Positions 35,957 to 45,048 of a stretch of DNA of 64,000 bases are shown in pieces. The notes beneath the pieces are model-generated. The model was not told the origin of the DNA. It worked only from the letters and a program-made list of their open reading frames with translations, and did not search any database. This DNA comes from an uncultured delta proteobacterium (lineage in GTDB: Bacteria; Desulfobacterota; Desulfuromonadia; Desulfuromonadales; JACZKF01), in NCBI GenBank assembly GCA_963816395.1, contig CAWFKQ010000006.1, positions 64,001-128,000 of the forward strand. The letters run 5' to 3'. Both the position numbers and the translations under genes were made by a program. Each line of letters opens with the position of its first letter. Position 1 is the first letter of the stretch.

Positions 35957-38900
35957 ATGCGGAATTCCTTCCTGAGATATGCCTTGGCCCTGCTGGCGGT
36001 GCTGCTGCTGGTTCTCGGTGCCGTCCTGCTCTATCCCGATCGCGTGCTGGAGTCGATCCGGCCATGGCTGGAGCGGGTGGCGGCTGACCGCCTGGACGCC
36101 CGCGTCGACTTCAGCCGGATCACCGGTTCCCTCGCCGGGGGCCGGCTCAGTGTGGAAAATCTGCGGATCGAGAGGGAAGGGGAGCTGCAGATCGAGGTGC
36201 GGCGACTGGAGGGTGGCTTCACGCTGCCCGGCCTGCTCGCCGGCCGCCTGGAATCGCTGCGTCTGCTGGAACCTTCGGTAAGAATCACGGCTGCGGCGCC
36301 GGCCGCCGGTGCGCGGCCACTCCCCGCGCAGCCGCCGCTCACGGTCCGCCATCTGGAGGTCAGCGGCGGCCGATTGCAGCTGCAGGCCGCCGGCCGCATC
36401 TATCGGGCGGGAGAGATAGAGGGTGCCGGCGCCCTGGGGAAATCCGCTCCGTTTCATCTTGTCGCCCGGATAGGGGCAGGGAATGGGTTGCCCCTGGCCG
36501 CTCGCGGGGAGCTTGCCTGGGAGCGGCCGCTCACCATTACCCTGGAGGCGTTCCAATGGGGAGAGCGGGAACTGCTTGCCTCTCCCCTGACCATCACCTT
36601 CCCGGAGACCGGCGCCGCCGCCAGCGGCGCCTTCCGCCTCGACCGTTTCGACAGCGATCAACTCGCCATCGTGTCGGCCGCCTTCGGTCTGGAGCAGCCC
36701 CTGCCGGCCGGCTGGCGTTTCACCCTGGAAAACCCGGAATTCCGTTTCCGTCTGGCGGATGGGCTGAAGACCGCATTAAAGGTGCCCGGAGGTTCGATCG
36801 AGGGCGGCGGCATCAGCTTTCCCCTGGCGCAGGTGGAGATTGGGAGCTCACCGGCCGGGATGGGGAATGGAGGGGGGAGGGAAGCTTCCGTCTGGCCGGC
36901 GCCGTCGGCCGGGCGCAGGGGCGGTTCGCCGGGGGGCGGACTGCCGGCTCCTTGCAGCTGCGGGTGACCGATCCCGTCGGACTTTCCTCCGGCGGCTGTT
37001 CGCCGGATCCTTCCTGACTCTGGCCGGGGGCATGGATCTGGCGGCGGAATTTTCCCTGGCCGGGGAGGAGGAGCACCTGCATGCCACTCTGAGCGGCCGC
37101 CAAGGCGTCCGACCGGCGGACTTCATGGCCGACCTTTCGCCCCTGAGCGCCGAGCTGGAGCTTGCCCGGCAGCGGGCAGGCTTCAGCGGCAGCGGGCGAC
37201 TGCGGCTGCGGCGGCGGGAGATTGCCCGTCTCAAGGGGACGCCGGAGCGCCTGCAGATCGAACTCCTCTCCGTTGCCGGCTCCGAGCTGGCCGACCTGCT
37301 GCCGCCGGCCAGGCGCCCGGCGCTGCTTGCCGGGGCTACCGGGATTGGCGGGACGGTCACGGCTGACCGGCGATCGGGACGGCCGATGGAGCGGCCCGGT
37401 GCGGTTGCGGGCGGCATCCGTATCCCTGCCCCGCGGCAGGCTGCAGCAACTTCAGTTGGGCGGCCGGGCCGGGTGGAGCGGGCACGGGTCTGAGTATGGC
37501 AGATGGCGACCTTCAGCGCCCGGCTGGCGGGGGAAGATATGCCGTCGGGAGAGATCTCCGCTGCCGGCGCCGGGGAATATTCCGGCCGGGGATACCGGCT
37601 GCGTCTCGACCGGCTGCGGTTGAAGGGGGTGGAGTACCTCTCTCCCGACGGCCTGAGCGGCCTGAATGGCGGGCGCCTGGAGGGACAAGGAAGCCTCACC
37701 GGACGACCAGGGGCGGGGAATGTCCGCCTGGAGCTGACGGCGGCTTTCGGCGCCGGCGAGGTCCTGCGCGGCGCCTTCTACGCCAATCTCGCCTCTCTGA
37801 GCGGTAAATTGACCCTGCTCTGCAGCGTCGATCCGGGCACCGGGCGGCTGCAGGCGCAGCGCCTGGAGATAACGGTGCCGGGAGTCGGTTCAGCGGCCCT
37901 GCACGGGAGCCTGGGGGGAAAGGCCTCGGCGGTGAAGGGGGAGCTGTCCCTGCCGGACCTGAAAACGCTGCTGGCCGGGCCACTCGGACCCGCCCTGGCC
38001 GGCGTCCATCCGGCTCTGTCGGGGCTGCAGCTGGGCGGCGGGATGAAAGCCGGTCTGGTTGCGCAGCAGGAGGACGGCGGCTGGCGCCTGGCCGGGGAAT
38101 TGCGGCCGCAGGGGCTGGACCTGTCCTGGCCGGGAATCCAGCTGACCCTGCGCGGCGGCAGCGGCCGATTCCCCTTCGACCTGCGTCCCGGCACCGGGGC
38201 GGCTGCCGAATCGGGAGAGGGCAGCAAGGCAGAGCTGACCTTTCCAGGAGCTGCACCTCGGCCCGGCGGTCCTGGCCGGCCGCTCAATCTCCCTCACTGC
38301 CGCTCCCAACCGGTTCAGCATCGACTCACCCCTGGTATTTGCCCTGGCCGGCGGCGAATTGCGCCTCCCGGAGGCAGCCGTGGCCATCGGCGCCGCCGGT
38401 CTCGAAATCACCGCTCGGCTGCGGCTGCAGGGAGTTCACCTGGGAGAGCTGACCCGCGCCCTGGGGATGACGGAGATGTCCGGCCGGCTGTCCGCCGACC
38501 TGGGACGGATCCGTTATGCCGGCGGCACCGTCACCTCAGACGGCAATCTTGGGATCAATGCCTTCGGCGGCGCCATCCTGGTGCGCAACCTGCGCCTGGA
38601 ATCCCTCTTCTCCAGTTACGCCACCTATCTCGCCGACCTCGATTTCACCGGCGTCGACCTGCACCAATTGACCCGCACCTTCGCCTTCGGCGAGATCAAC
38701 GGCGTGGCCGACGGCTATATCCACGGCCTGCGCCTGTTCGGCAAAGTCCCCTCCGCTTTCGAAGCGGTGCTGGAGACGCGCGAGCGCGGACGGCGCAACA
38801 TCAGCGTCAAGGCGTTGAACAACCTGACGGTGATCAGCCAGGGGGGGCTTTCCGGGGTACTCTCCAAGGGGCTTTACCGCTTCATCGATTTCTACCGCTA

Positions 38901-39111
38901 TCGCAAGATCGGTATCCGCTGCGCATTGAAAAACGACGTCTTCACCCTGGAGGGGACCGCCCGCCCGGGCTCCGACCGCTACCTGGTCTACGGCGGCTGG
39001 CTGCCGCCCAAAATCGATATCATCGCCCCGGCGCATGCCATTTCCTTCAAGGAGATGCTCAAACGTCTGCAGCGCATCGAGCGGACCGAGGGAGGGGCGG
39101 TAAAGGATTGA
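35957..39111 (+). CDS. large AsmA/YdbH-like membrane-anchored beta-rich protein, several frameshifts
   Basis: N-terminal TM then Gly/Leu-rich beta repeats over fragments 35957, 36840, 37503 and 38359; C-terminal FGEINGVADG...ISVKALNNL; lies upstream of the DUF1318 gene. Confidence 0.65.
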
Positions 39112-39136
39112 TTTCCGTAGGCAGGGGCGGATAGAA

Positions 39137-39189
39137 TGCAAGCCGCAAGCCGCAAGCCGCTAGCTGATAGCTGATAGCTGATAGCTGAT
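39137..39189. repeat. heptamer tandem repeats
   Basis: gcaagcc x3 followed by tagctga x4. Confidence 0.8.
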
Positions 39190-39205
39190 TCCTAGGAGGT
39201 TCTCC

Positions 39206-39778
39206 ATGCGACAATTCACCCGTTTGCTGCCGATTCTGTCCGTTCTCACCGTGCTTTCCTGCGTCACCATCAACATTTACTTCCCAGCCGACGAGGTGCG
39301 CGGCGCCGCCGACCGCATCGTCAACGAGGTGTGGGGTGAGCGGGCGCAGGAGAGCCCGCCGGCCAAACCCGAGAAGTCGCCCGGCAGCTCCATGCTGCAG
39401 TGGGTGCAGCCGCAATCGGCTTACGCCGCCCAGGACATCAACGTCAGCACGCCGGAGATCCGCGCCCTGCGCGAGGCGATGAAAGCGCGCTCGGCCGCTC
39501 TCTTCCCGTATCTCGATGCGGGCAACGTCGGGATCGGTAGCGACGGGCTGCTCAAGGTGCGCAGCACCGACGGCCTCGACCTGCGGGCGCGCGGCGAAGT
39601 CTCGCGCCTGGTGCAGGCGGAGAACGCCGACCGGCTGCGTCTGTACCGGGAGATCGCCCGCGCCAACGGCTTTCCCGAAAAATCCGACGAGGTTCGCGAC
39701 ATCTTCGCCCAGACCTGGCGGGAGAAGGCGGCGCCCGGCTGGTACCTGGAGAAAAACGGCGGCTGGGTGCGGAAATAA
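39206..39778 (+). CDS. YdbL/DUF1318-family lipoprotein with YnbE-like N-terminus
   Basis: Lipobox VLSC + VTINIYFPA; GNVGIGSDGLL, ENADRLRLYREIA, GWY...GWVRK. Confidence 0.8.
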   Translation: MRQFTRLLPILSVLTVLSCVTINIYFPADEVRGAADRIVNEVWGERAQESPPAKPEKSPGSSMLQWVQPQSAYAAQDINVSTPEIRALREAMKARSAALFPYLDAGNVGIGSDGLLKVRSTDGLDLRARGEVSRLVQAENADRLRLYREIARANGFPEKSDEVRDIFAQTWREKAAPGWYLEKNGGWVRK

Positions 39779-39809
39779 GGGTCATAAGCAATCTGCGGGA
39801 GGATGAACA

Positions 39810-40413
39810 ATGCGTTCAGTGATAAGGGGGATGTGTACTCTCTTGGCCTTGTCAATTGTCGCGGCGGGCACTGCCGGCGCCGGCGAGATCAAGCCCTACC
39901 AGGCGCAAGGGATTGAACCGTACCGATGCCCAGGAGATCCAACCCACTCAGGCCCAGGGCATCCAGCCCGCTCAGGCCCAGGGCATCCAGCCCTATCAGG
40001 CACCGGAGGTTCAGCCCGGCAAGGCAGGGGAAGTCGGGTCGCAGCGTTCCATGAACCGCCGGCCGAAAGAAAAAAACGAAAGGATAAAGCTGAGTTACTT
40101 TTTCCGCGTCTGGCATACCGGGGTACCGGGGGCGGTATGGCAGACGCCGAGCGAGGTGCCGGGTTACAACCGCCTGCACATCGCCCCGGCGTTGACTGCC
40201 GGCGACCTGACCATCTCACCGGAGGGGCTTTACGCCTGGAATTCCTACGGCGGCAAGACGGGGAAGTGGGTCCGGGGCAACTGCGCCTATCCGGTCGTTC
40301 TCATCGACACCGTCGAGAACAAGCGCTGGCAGGTCGGGTACGACCCCAGGCACACCGGCGGGCGGGACATCATCATCTGGGACGGATCGATCTGGTACGA
40401 CGGCAGGAAATAG
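39810..40413 (+). CDS. exported hypothetical protein with 8-aa tandem repeats, frameshifted near 39925
   Basis: Signal peptide then EIKPYQAQ/GIEPY.../EIQPTQAQ/GIQPAQAQ/GIQPYQAP repeats and a Trp-rich C-domain. Confidence 0.6.
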
Positions 40414-40523
40414 GCGCTCCCGCCGCAATCCGGCGATCCTGGAGGAGCGCAATCAGGTTTCCTCTTGCCGCATGGGAAACAGATTTCCGTTCCACCCAGT
40501 GGCGGGTACCGCATCTGAGAAGT

Positions 40524-40922
40524 TCAGGAGGGGTGGTCATCCCCGCCCACCTCCCCGGTCGCAGTCTCCTTCATCTGCCGGGCCAGATTGAGAACCGTGC
40601 CGACGATAAAGGGCTTGGCCAGGATCCGGGAGATACCCACGGCGGCCTGGCTGTCGATTTCCGGCGGCTCCCCCGCCGTGGTCAGGACGATCTGCAGGTC
40701 CGGGACGATCTCCCTGGCCCGGCTGGCCAGCTCCAGGCCATCCATCCCCGGCATCCGGTAATCGGTGACCAGCAGGCGAAAGCGTCTTTTGCCCAACTCA
40801 GCCAAGGCCTTGGCGCCGTTTTCAGAGCAATGGACTTTCAGCCCGGCCGCGGTGAAAATCCGCTCCAGCAAATCCAGCGTCACTTCGTCATCATCGACCA
40901 GTAGAATGCCCGGATCTTCCAT
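40524..40922 (-). CDS. single-domain response regulator
   Basis: ILLVDDD, LLVTDYRMPGMDG, LAKPF; GGAGGGG RBS. Confidence 0.88.
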   Translation of the reverse strand: MEDPGILLVDDDEVTLDLLERIFTAAGLKVHCSENGAKALAELGKRRFRLLVTDYRMPGMDGLELASRAREIVPDLQIVLTTAGEPPEIDSQAAVGISRILAKPFIVGTVLNLARQMKETATGEVGGDDHPS

Positions 40923-41244
40923 CGTCCCCTCCTGTTGAGTTCCCGTCCCCAATTTCCCCGAGCGGCAGCAGCCGGTAAACCAGGGTGGCGCCGCGCCCCG
41001 CAGCCGTTTCCAGGTTGAAAAATTCGATCAGCCCATGCTCGGCCAGAAGCCTGCCCGCGGCCCTCAGCGCCGCCTGGGAAAGGTCCTCTCCCAAAGCACT
41101 GCGCAGAGAGGAGTGAGGCACCTTTCCGTGCCCGGTTTCGCTGCAGCCGGCGAGCAGGAGCAGGTAGAGTCTGACCGCGTCGATGTCCAGGGATTTCCTC
41201 CCCGCTTTTTTCCCGAATTCCTGCAAAAGCCGGAACCTGTCCAT
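40891..41244 (-). CDS. hypothetical protein, possible winged-helix
   Basis: MDRFRLLQEF...AVRLYLLLLA...[20 protein letters not shown]-terminus overlaps the response regulator, so possibly frameshifted. Confidence 0.55.
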   Translation of the reverse strand: MDRFRLLQEFGKKAGRKSLDIDAVRLYLLLLAGCSETGHGKVPHSSLRSALGEDLSQAALRAAGRLLAEHGLIEFFNLETAAGRGATLVYRLLPLGEIGDGNSTGGDDGRSGHSTGR

Positions 41245-41283
41245 TTCCCCTCCTTGAGAAAATGGAAAAAATTCGTCGCATAG

Positions 41284-41342
41284 ATAAGATATATATACAT
41301 CATTGTCAACAATAAAAATGAATATATATCCTATCGAATAGG
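41284..41342. promoter_or_regulatory. AT-rich divergent intergenic region with inverted repeats (putative operator)
   Basis: ataagatatatatacat (41284-41300) pairs imperfectly with atgaatatatatcctat (41318-41334); palindrome cctatcgaatagg (41330-41342). Confidence 0.55.
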
Positions 41343-41417
41343 AATTGACTTCCGGGAGAATTACCGATATACAGGTGGCATCTTCCCCCGGAATGCCTGT
41401 TCCGCCAAGGAGTTAGC

Positions 41418-41855
41418 TTGAGAAGCGAGATCGGTCGACGATTGAAGGACCTGCGGGTGGCGAAAGGTCTCACCCAGAAGGGGTTGGCATCCCGCGTCAG
41501 CGGAGGGCTGGACTACACCTACATCGGCAAGATCGAAAGGGGAGAGCAACTGCCTTCCCTGAAAATCCTGCTCGGAATCAGCCAGGCTCTCGGCGTGCCT
41601 GTCGGTCACTTCTTCCGGGAGGAGGCGGCGGCCGCCGGTGAAATTCTGCCCGCCGACCTGCGTGCTCTGCTGGTGCAGGAGAAAGGGCGCGAGCTGATTC
41701 AGGCCCTGCGGCTGCTGCATCCGGCCGATCTGCCGCTGATCACCGAAATCGCCCAGGTGCTCAACCGCCACCGGGCCGGCGCCCGGGATCCCAGGCGGAC
41801 CCCAGGCGACCTGCTGCGGGCTGCCGAGGAAGAGCCCCCGTACGAAAAGAGCTGA
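41418..41855 (+). CDS. XRE-family HTH transcriptional regulator
   Basis: IGRRLKDLRVAKGLTQKGLA...YIGKIERGEQLPSL. Confidence 0.9.
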   Translation: MRSEIGRRLKDLRVAKGLTQKGLASRVSGGLDYTYIGKIERGEQLPSLKILLGISQALGVPVGHFFREEAAAAGEILPADLRALLVQEKGRELIQALRLLHPADLPLITEIAQVLNRHRAGARDPRRTPGDLLRAAEEEPPYEKS

Positions 41856-41927
41856 TCCCCACCTGCGAAAACGGGCATGGCAGAAGGGCTTTCAATTCCA
41901 GCAGCTATTCCCCCGGCAAGCAACGAC

Positions 41928-42503
41928 ATGAGTTTTCCCGAGTTTCTCTTGCGTCTGCCCGAATGGATCGAGGAGGAAATCCCCGATCCGAACCGCCCCT
42001 ATCCGGACCTCGATCAACGCATGGAACTGGCGATCCGACTGGCTCGGCGCAACATCCGGGAAGGCGCGGGCGGTCCGTTCGGCGCGGCCGTTTTCGAAAT
42101 TTCCGCCGGCCGGCTGATCTCTCCGGGGGTCAACCTGGTCATCCCGGCCTCCTGCTCGGTGGCGCACGCCGAGATCGTCGCCATCATTCTCGCTCAGCAG
42201 CGGCTCGGCACCTTTTCTCTCCGCGGCGAAGGCGGCATCCGCTACCAACTGGTGAGCTCCACCGAGCCATGCGCCATGTGCCTGGGCGCCGTGCCCTGGT
42301 CGGGGGTCAGCAGCCTGGTCTGCGGGGCCCGCGACGAGGATGCCCGGAGTGTCGGCTTCACGGAGGGCGACAAACCTTTGCTGTGGGAAGGGTATCTCGC
42401 ATCCCGGGGCATCGAAGTGATCCGCGATATCCGGCGCGATGAAGCCACGGCGGTGCTGCGAAATTATGCCGAAAGCGGAGGCTTTATCTACAACGGCAGA
42501 TGA
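41928..42503 (+). CDS. nucleoside/guanine deaminase family protein
   Basis: GGPFGAAVF, HAE and EPCAMC zinc motifs. Confidence 0.85.
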   Translation: MSFPEFLLRLPEWIEEEIPDPNRPYPDLDQRMELAIRLARRNIREGAGGPFGAAVFEISAGRLISPGVNLVIPASCSVAHAEIVAIILAQQRLGTFSLRGEGGIRYQLVSSTEPCAMCLGAVPWSGVSSLVCGARDEDARSVGFTEGDKPLLWEGYLASRGIEVIRDIRRDEATAVLRNYAESGGFIYNGR

Positions 42504-43894
42504 GCAGGAAGCGACTGAAAACTATTTTTATGCCGGCTCTTGTGGCCCTCCTGCTGCTGACGGCAGGTTGTCTGCCCGACCTGGCGCACCGGGAGCCTTC
42601 GGATCTGAAACGGATGCCGCAGGAGCCGCTGGCCTACCTCGATCCGGCCACCGCCCGGCAGCCGCTCCTGGCGCTCGAGCAGCAGCAGGCAAGGGCCGCC
42701 GAATTTCTGGAGCGGTTCTTTCTTGCCTGGCACACCGAGGCGCCGCTGGAGAGCACCCGCCATCCCTTCTGGGCCATCGACTGGCTCGGCGAAAATACGG
42801 CGTTCGGTGAAAACCTCCGCCCGGTGGGACCCGCGCGGCTCCAGGAGCTGATCCGTCTGGCTGGCCGGGAACTCTACCCGAGCCTTAATCGACGGGCCAT
42901 TACCGTGCGCCGTTGCGACCTGCGGGCGCTGCCCACCAATCGCCCATTCTTTAACGACCCCCACGAGGCGGGAGAGGGTTTCCCGTTTGACCTCCTGCAG
43001 CATGCCGCCCTGGCTGCCAATACCCCGGTGCATGTGACGCACCAGAGCGCGGACGGCACCTGGGTCTTCGTCGAAACTTCCCTGGCCTACGGCTGGATCC
43101 CGGTGACGGACCTTGCCTGGGTGGATGATACATTTGTCCGGGCCTTCCAATCCGGCCACTACCTGGCCCTCACCCGCGATCAGGTGCCGGTTGACGATAC
43201 GGGGGGAATTTACCGTTTCCGCGCCGGAATCGGGACGCTCCTCCCTGTGCGCGGCACTGCGGCCGGGGGATACCAGGTTCTGCTCGCCGTTGCGGACAAG
43301 GACCGACAGGCGCTCCTGACCGAGGGGACGATCCCCTTCGAGCGCGGGGAGATCTTTCCCCTGCCTTTGACCCGCCGGCGCCTCGCGGACCTGGCGGAGC
43401 GCATGGTGGGCCAGCCTTACGGTTGGGGCGAGAGTTTTGCCGACCGGGACTGCTCGGCCACGATACGTGATCTGTTCGCTCCCTTCGGCCTCTGGCTGCC
43501 GCGCAATTCTTCCCAACAGGCCCGCGTCGGGTTGGTGATCCCCCTCTCCGACCTGAGTCCCCGCCAGCGGGAGCAGCGTCTGCTCGCGGAGGGGATCCCG
43601 TTTTTGACGCTGGTACGGCTCCCCGGTCACATCATGCTTTACCTGGGAGAGCACGAGGGACGTGCCGCGGTGCTGCACACCCTATGGGGACTGCGCACCC
43701 GAACTCCCTGGGGCCGGGAAGGGCGCTGGATCGTCGGCAAGACAGTGATTACCACCTTGGAACCCGGTCTGGAGCGGACCGGTCTCCTGGTCAGGATCGG
43801 CAATCTGCGCGATCGTATTGAAAGCATGAATATCCTGGCTGTTTCGAACAATGCTGTGGATCATGACCATGAAGATCATGCAGCAAATCATTGA
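42500..43894 (+). CDS. SH3/NlpC-P60 lipoprotein (peptidoglycan endopeptidase)
   Basis: Lipobox LTAGC; GEGFPFDLLQ; GQPYGWG...RDCSA, LPRNS, GHIMLYLG. Confidence 0.88.
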   Translation: MSRKRLKTIFMPALVALLLLTAGCLPDLAHREPSDLKRMPQEPLAYLDPATARQPLLALEQQQARAAEFLERFFLAWHTEAPLESTRHPFWAIDWLGENTAFGENLRPVGPARLQELIRLAGRELYPSLNRRAITVRRCDLRALPTNRPFFNDPHEAGEGFPFDLLQHAALAANTPVHVTHQSADGTWVFVETSLAYGWIPVTDLAWVDDTFVRAFQSGHYLALTRDQVPVDDTGGIYRFRAGIGTLLPVRGTAAGGYQVLLAVADKDRQALLTEGTIPFERGEIFPLPLTRRRLADLAERMVGQPYGWGESFADRDCSATIRDLFAPFGLWLPRNSSQQARVGLVIPLSDLSPRQREQRLLAEGIPFLTLVRLPGHIMLYLGEHEGRAAVLHTLWGLRTRTPWGREGRWIVGKTVITTLEPGLERTGLLVRIGNLRDRIESMNILAVSNNAVDHDHEDHAANH

Positions 43895-43995
43895 TATTCA
43901 ACGTTCCGGGCTACCCTCTCCATTTTCTCACCACCGACCGCACAGCCGACGGTCACGCCCTCGGTTTCATAGTCGACCAAGCGATCCTAAAGATC

Positions 43996-44071
43996 GGGGA
44001 ATAAAAGGGGGAATAAAAGGGTCAAGCTTGACAAAAGGAATAAAAGGGGTCAAGCTTGACAAAAGGAGATT
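43996..44071. repeat. left end of transposase element: ggaataaaag tandem units, two GTCAAGCTTGAC palindromes and a 29-bp terminal inverted repeat (44043-44071)
   Basis: ggggaataaaag ggggaataaaag ggtcaagcttgacaaaa ggaataaaag gggtcaagcttgacaaaaggagatt. Confidence 0.85.
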
Positions 44072-44089
44072 TCATCCTATTCTTGTCCC

Positions 44090-45046
44090 ATGCCACGTAA
44101 ACCTCGACTTCATTACCCCGGAGCCGTTTACCACGTAATTCTTCGCGGCAATAGCGGGCAGGATATATTCTTCGATGCGGGCGACCGCACACGTTTTTTC
44201 CTGCTGCTGCAGGAAAGCGTTGAACGTTTCGGGCACCGTGTCCATGCCTTTTGCCTGATGACGACACACCTCCATCTGGCAATCCAGGTGGGGGATATCC
44301 CCCTCTCCCGCATCATGCAGAACATCGGATTTCGTTATACGCAGTTCATCAACAGGAAATATCGGCGAACCGGCCATCTATTTCAAGGGAGGTACAAACC
44401 GCTACTGATCGATGCCGACACCTACCTGTTGGAGTTGATCCGCTACATCCACCTTAACCCTGTCAGGGCCGGAATGGTATCTCAGCCGGAAGAGTATCCC
44501 TGGTCCAGCCATTGCAGCTACTTAGGGGCTGCCCCCAGGCCGCCATGGTTGACTTTTGAATGGGCGCTGGCACAGTTCGCAGAACAGAAAGGCCTGGCTG
44601 CCGAGCGATTCAAGACGTTTGTAGATGGCGGGATGGGAGAGGGACACAGGAAGGATTTCCACCGGGGCTCCTTCGAAGGTCGTGCCCTCGGGAATGATAC
44701 ATTTATCGATCAGGCATTACTAAAGGCCGAAGAAAATAAACGTGCCGGCATCACCCTGCCTCAGGTCATTGAAGCTGTCTGCTCGACATATCAACTGAGT
44801 ACTGCGGAATTGTGCGCTCCGGGAAAAGCGCAGCCGGCCGCTGAGGCAAGAGCTGTCACCGCCTTCTTTGTAAGGAATGCCGAGTCTCTACTCCTGCGCG
44901 ATCTGGCGAGTTTTCTAAACAGGGATCTTTCAGGCCTAAGCCAGGCAGCACTTCGGATCAGGCGGCGATCTGGCGAGGATGATCAATTGCGGATTACACT
45001 GGAGAGGGTATCTGAAAAGGTAAGAATCTCCTTTTGTCAAGCTTGA
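44090..45046 (+). mobile_element. REP-associated tyrosine transposase (HUH/Y1) with DnaA-C-like C-terminal HTH
   Basis: MPRKPRLHYPGAVYHVILRGN, FCLMTTHLHL (HUH), GHLFQGRYK, YIHLNPVRAG, YPWSS; the stop codon lies in the right palindrome. Confidence 0.92.
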
Positions 45047-45048
45047 CC

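Noticed and set aside
40891..43894. Prophage
   Set aside because: No integrase, structural or replication genes. The only HK97-fold gene in the window (49363-50199) is an encapsulin with cargo.
43996..44071. Possible CRISPR array from the repeated palindromic units
   Set aside because: Only two adjacent palindrome copies, no unique spacers of regular length and no cas genes; better explained as transposase end repeats.
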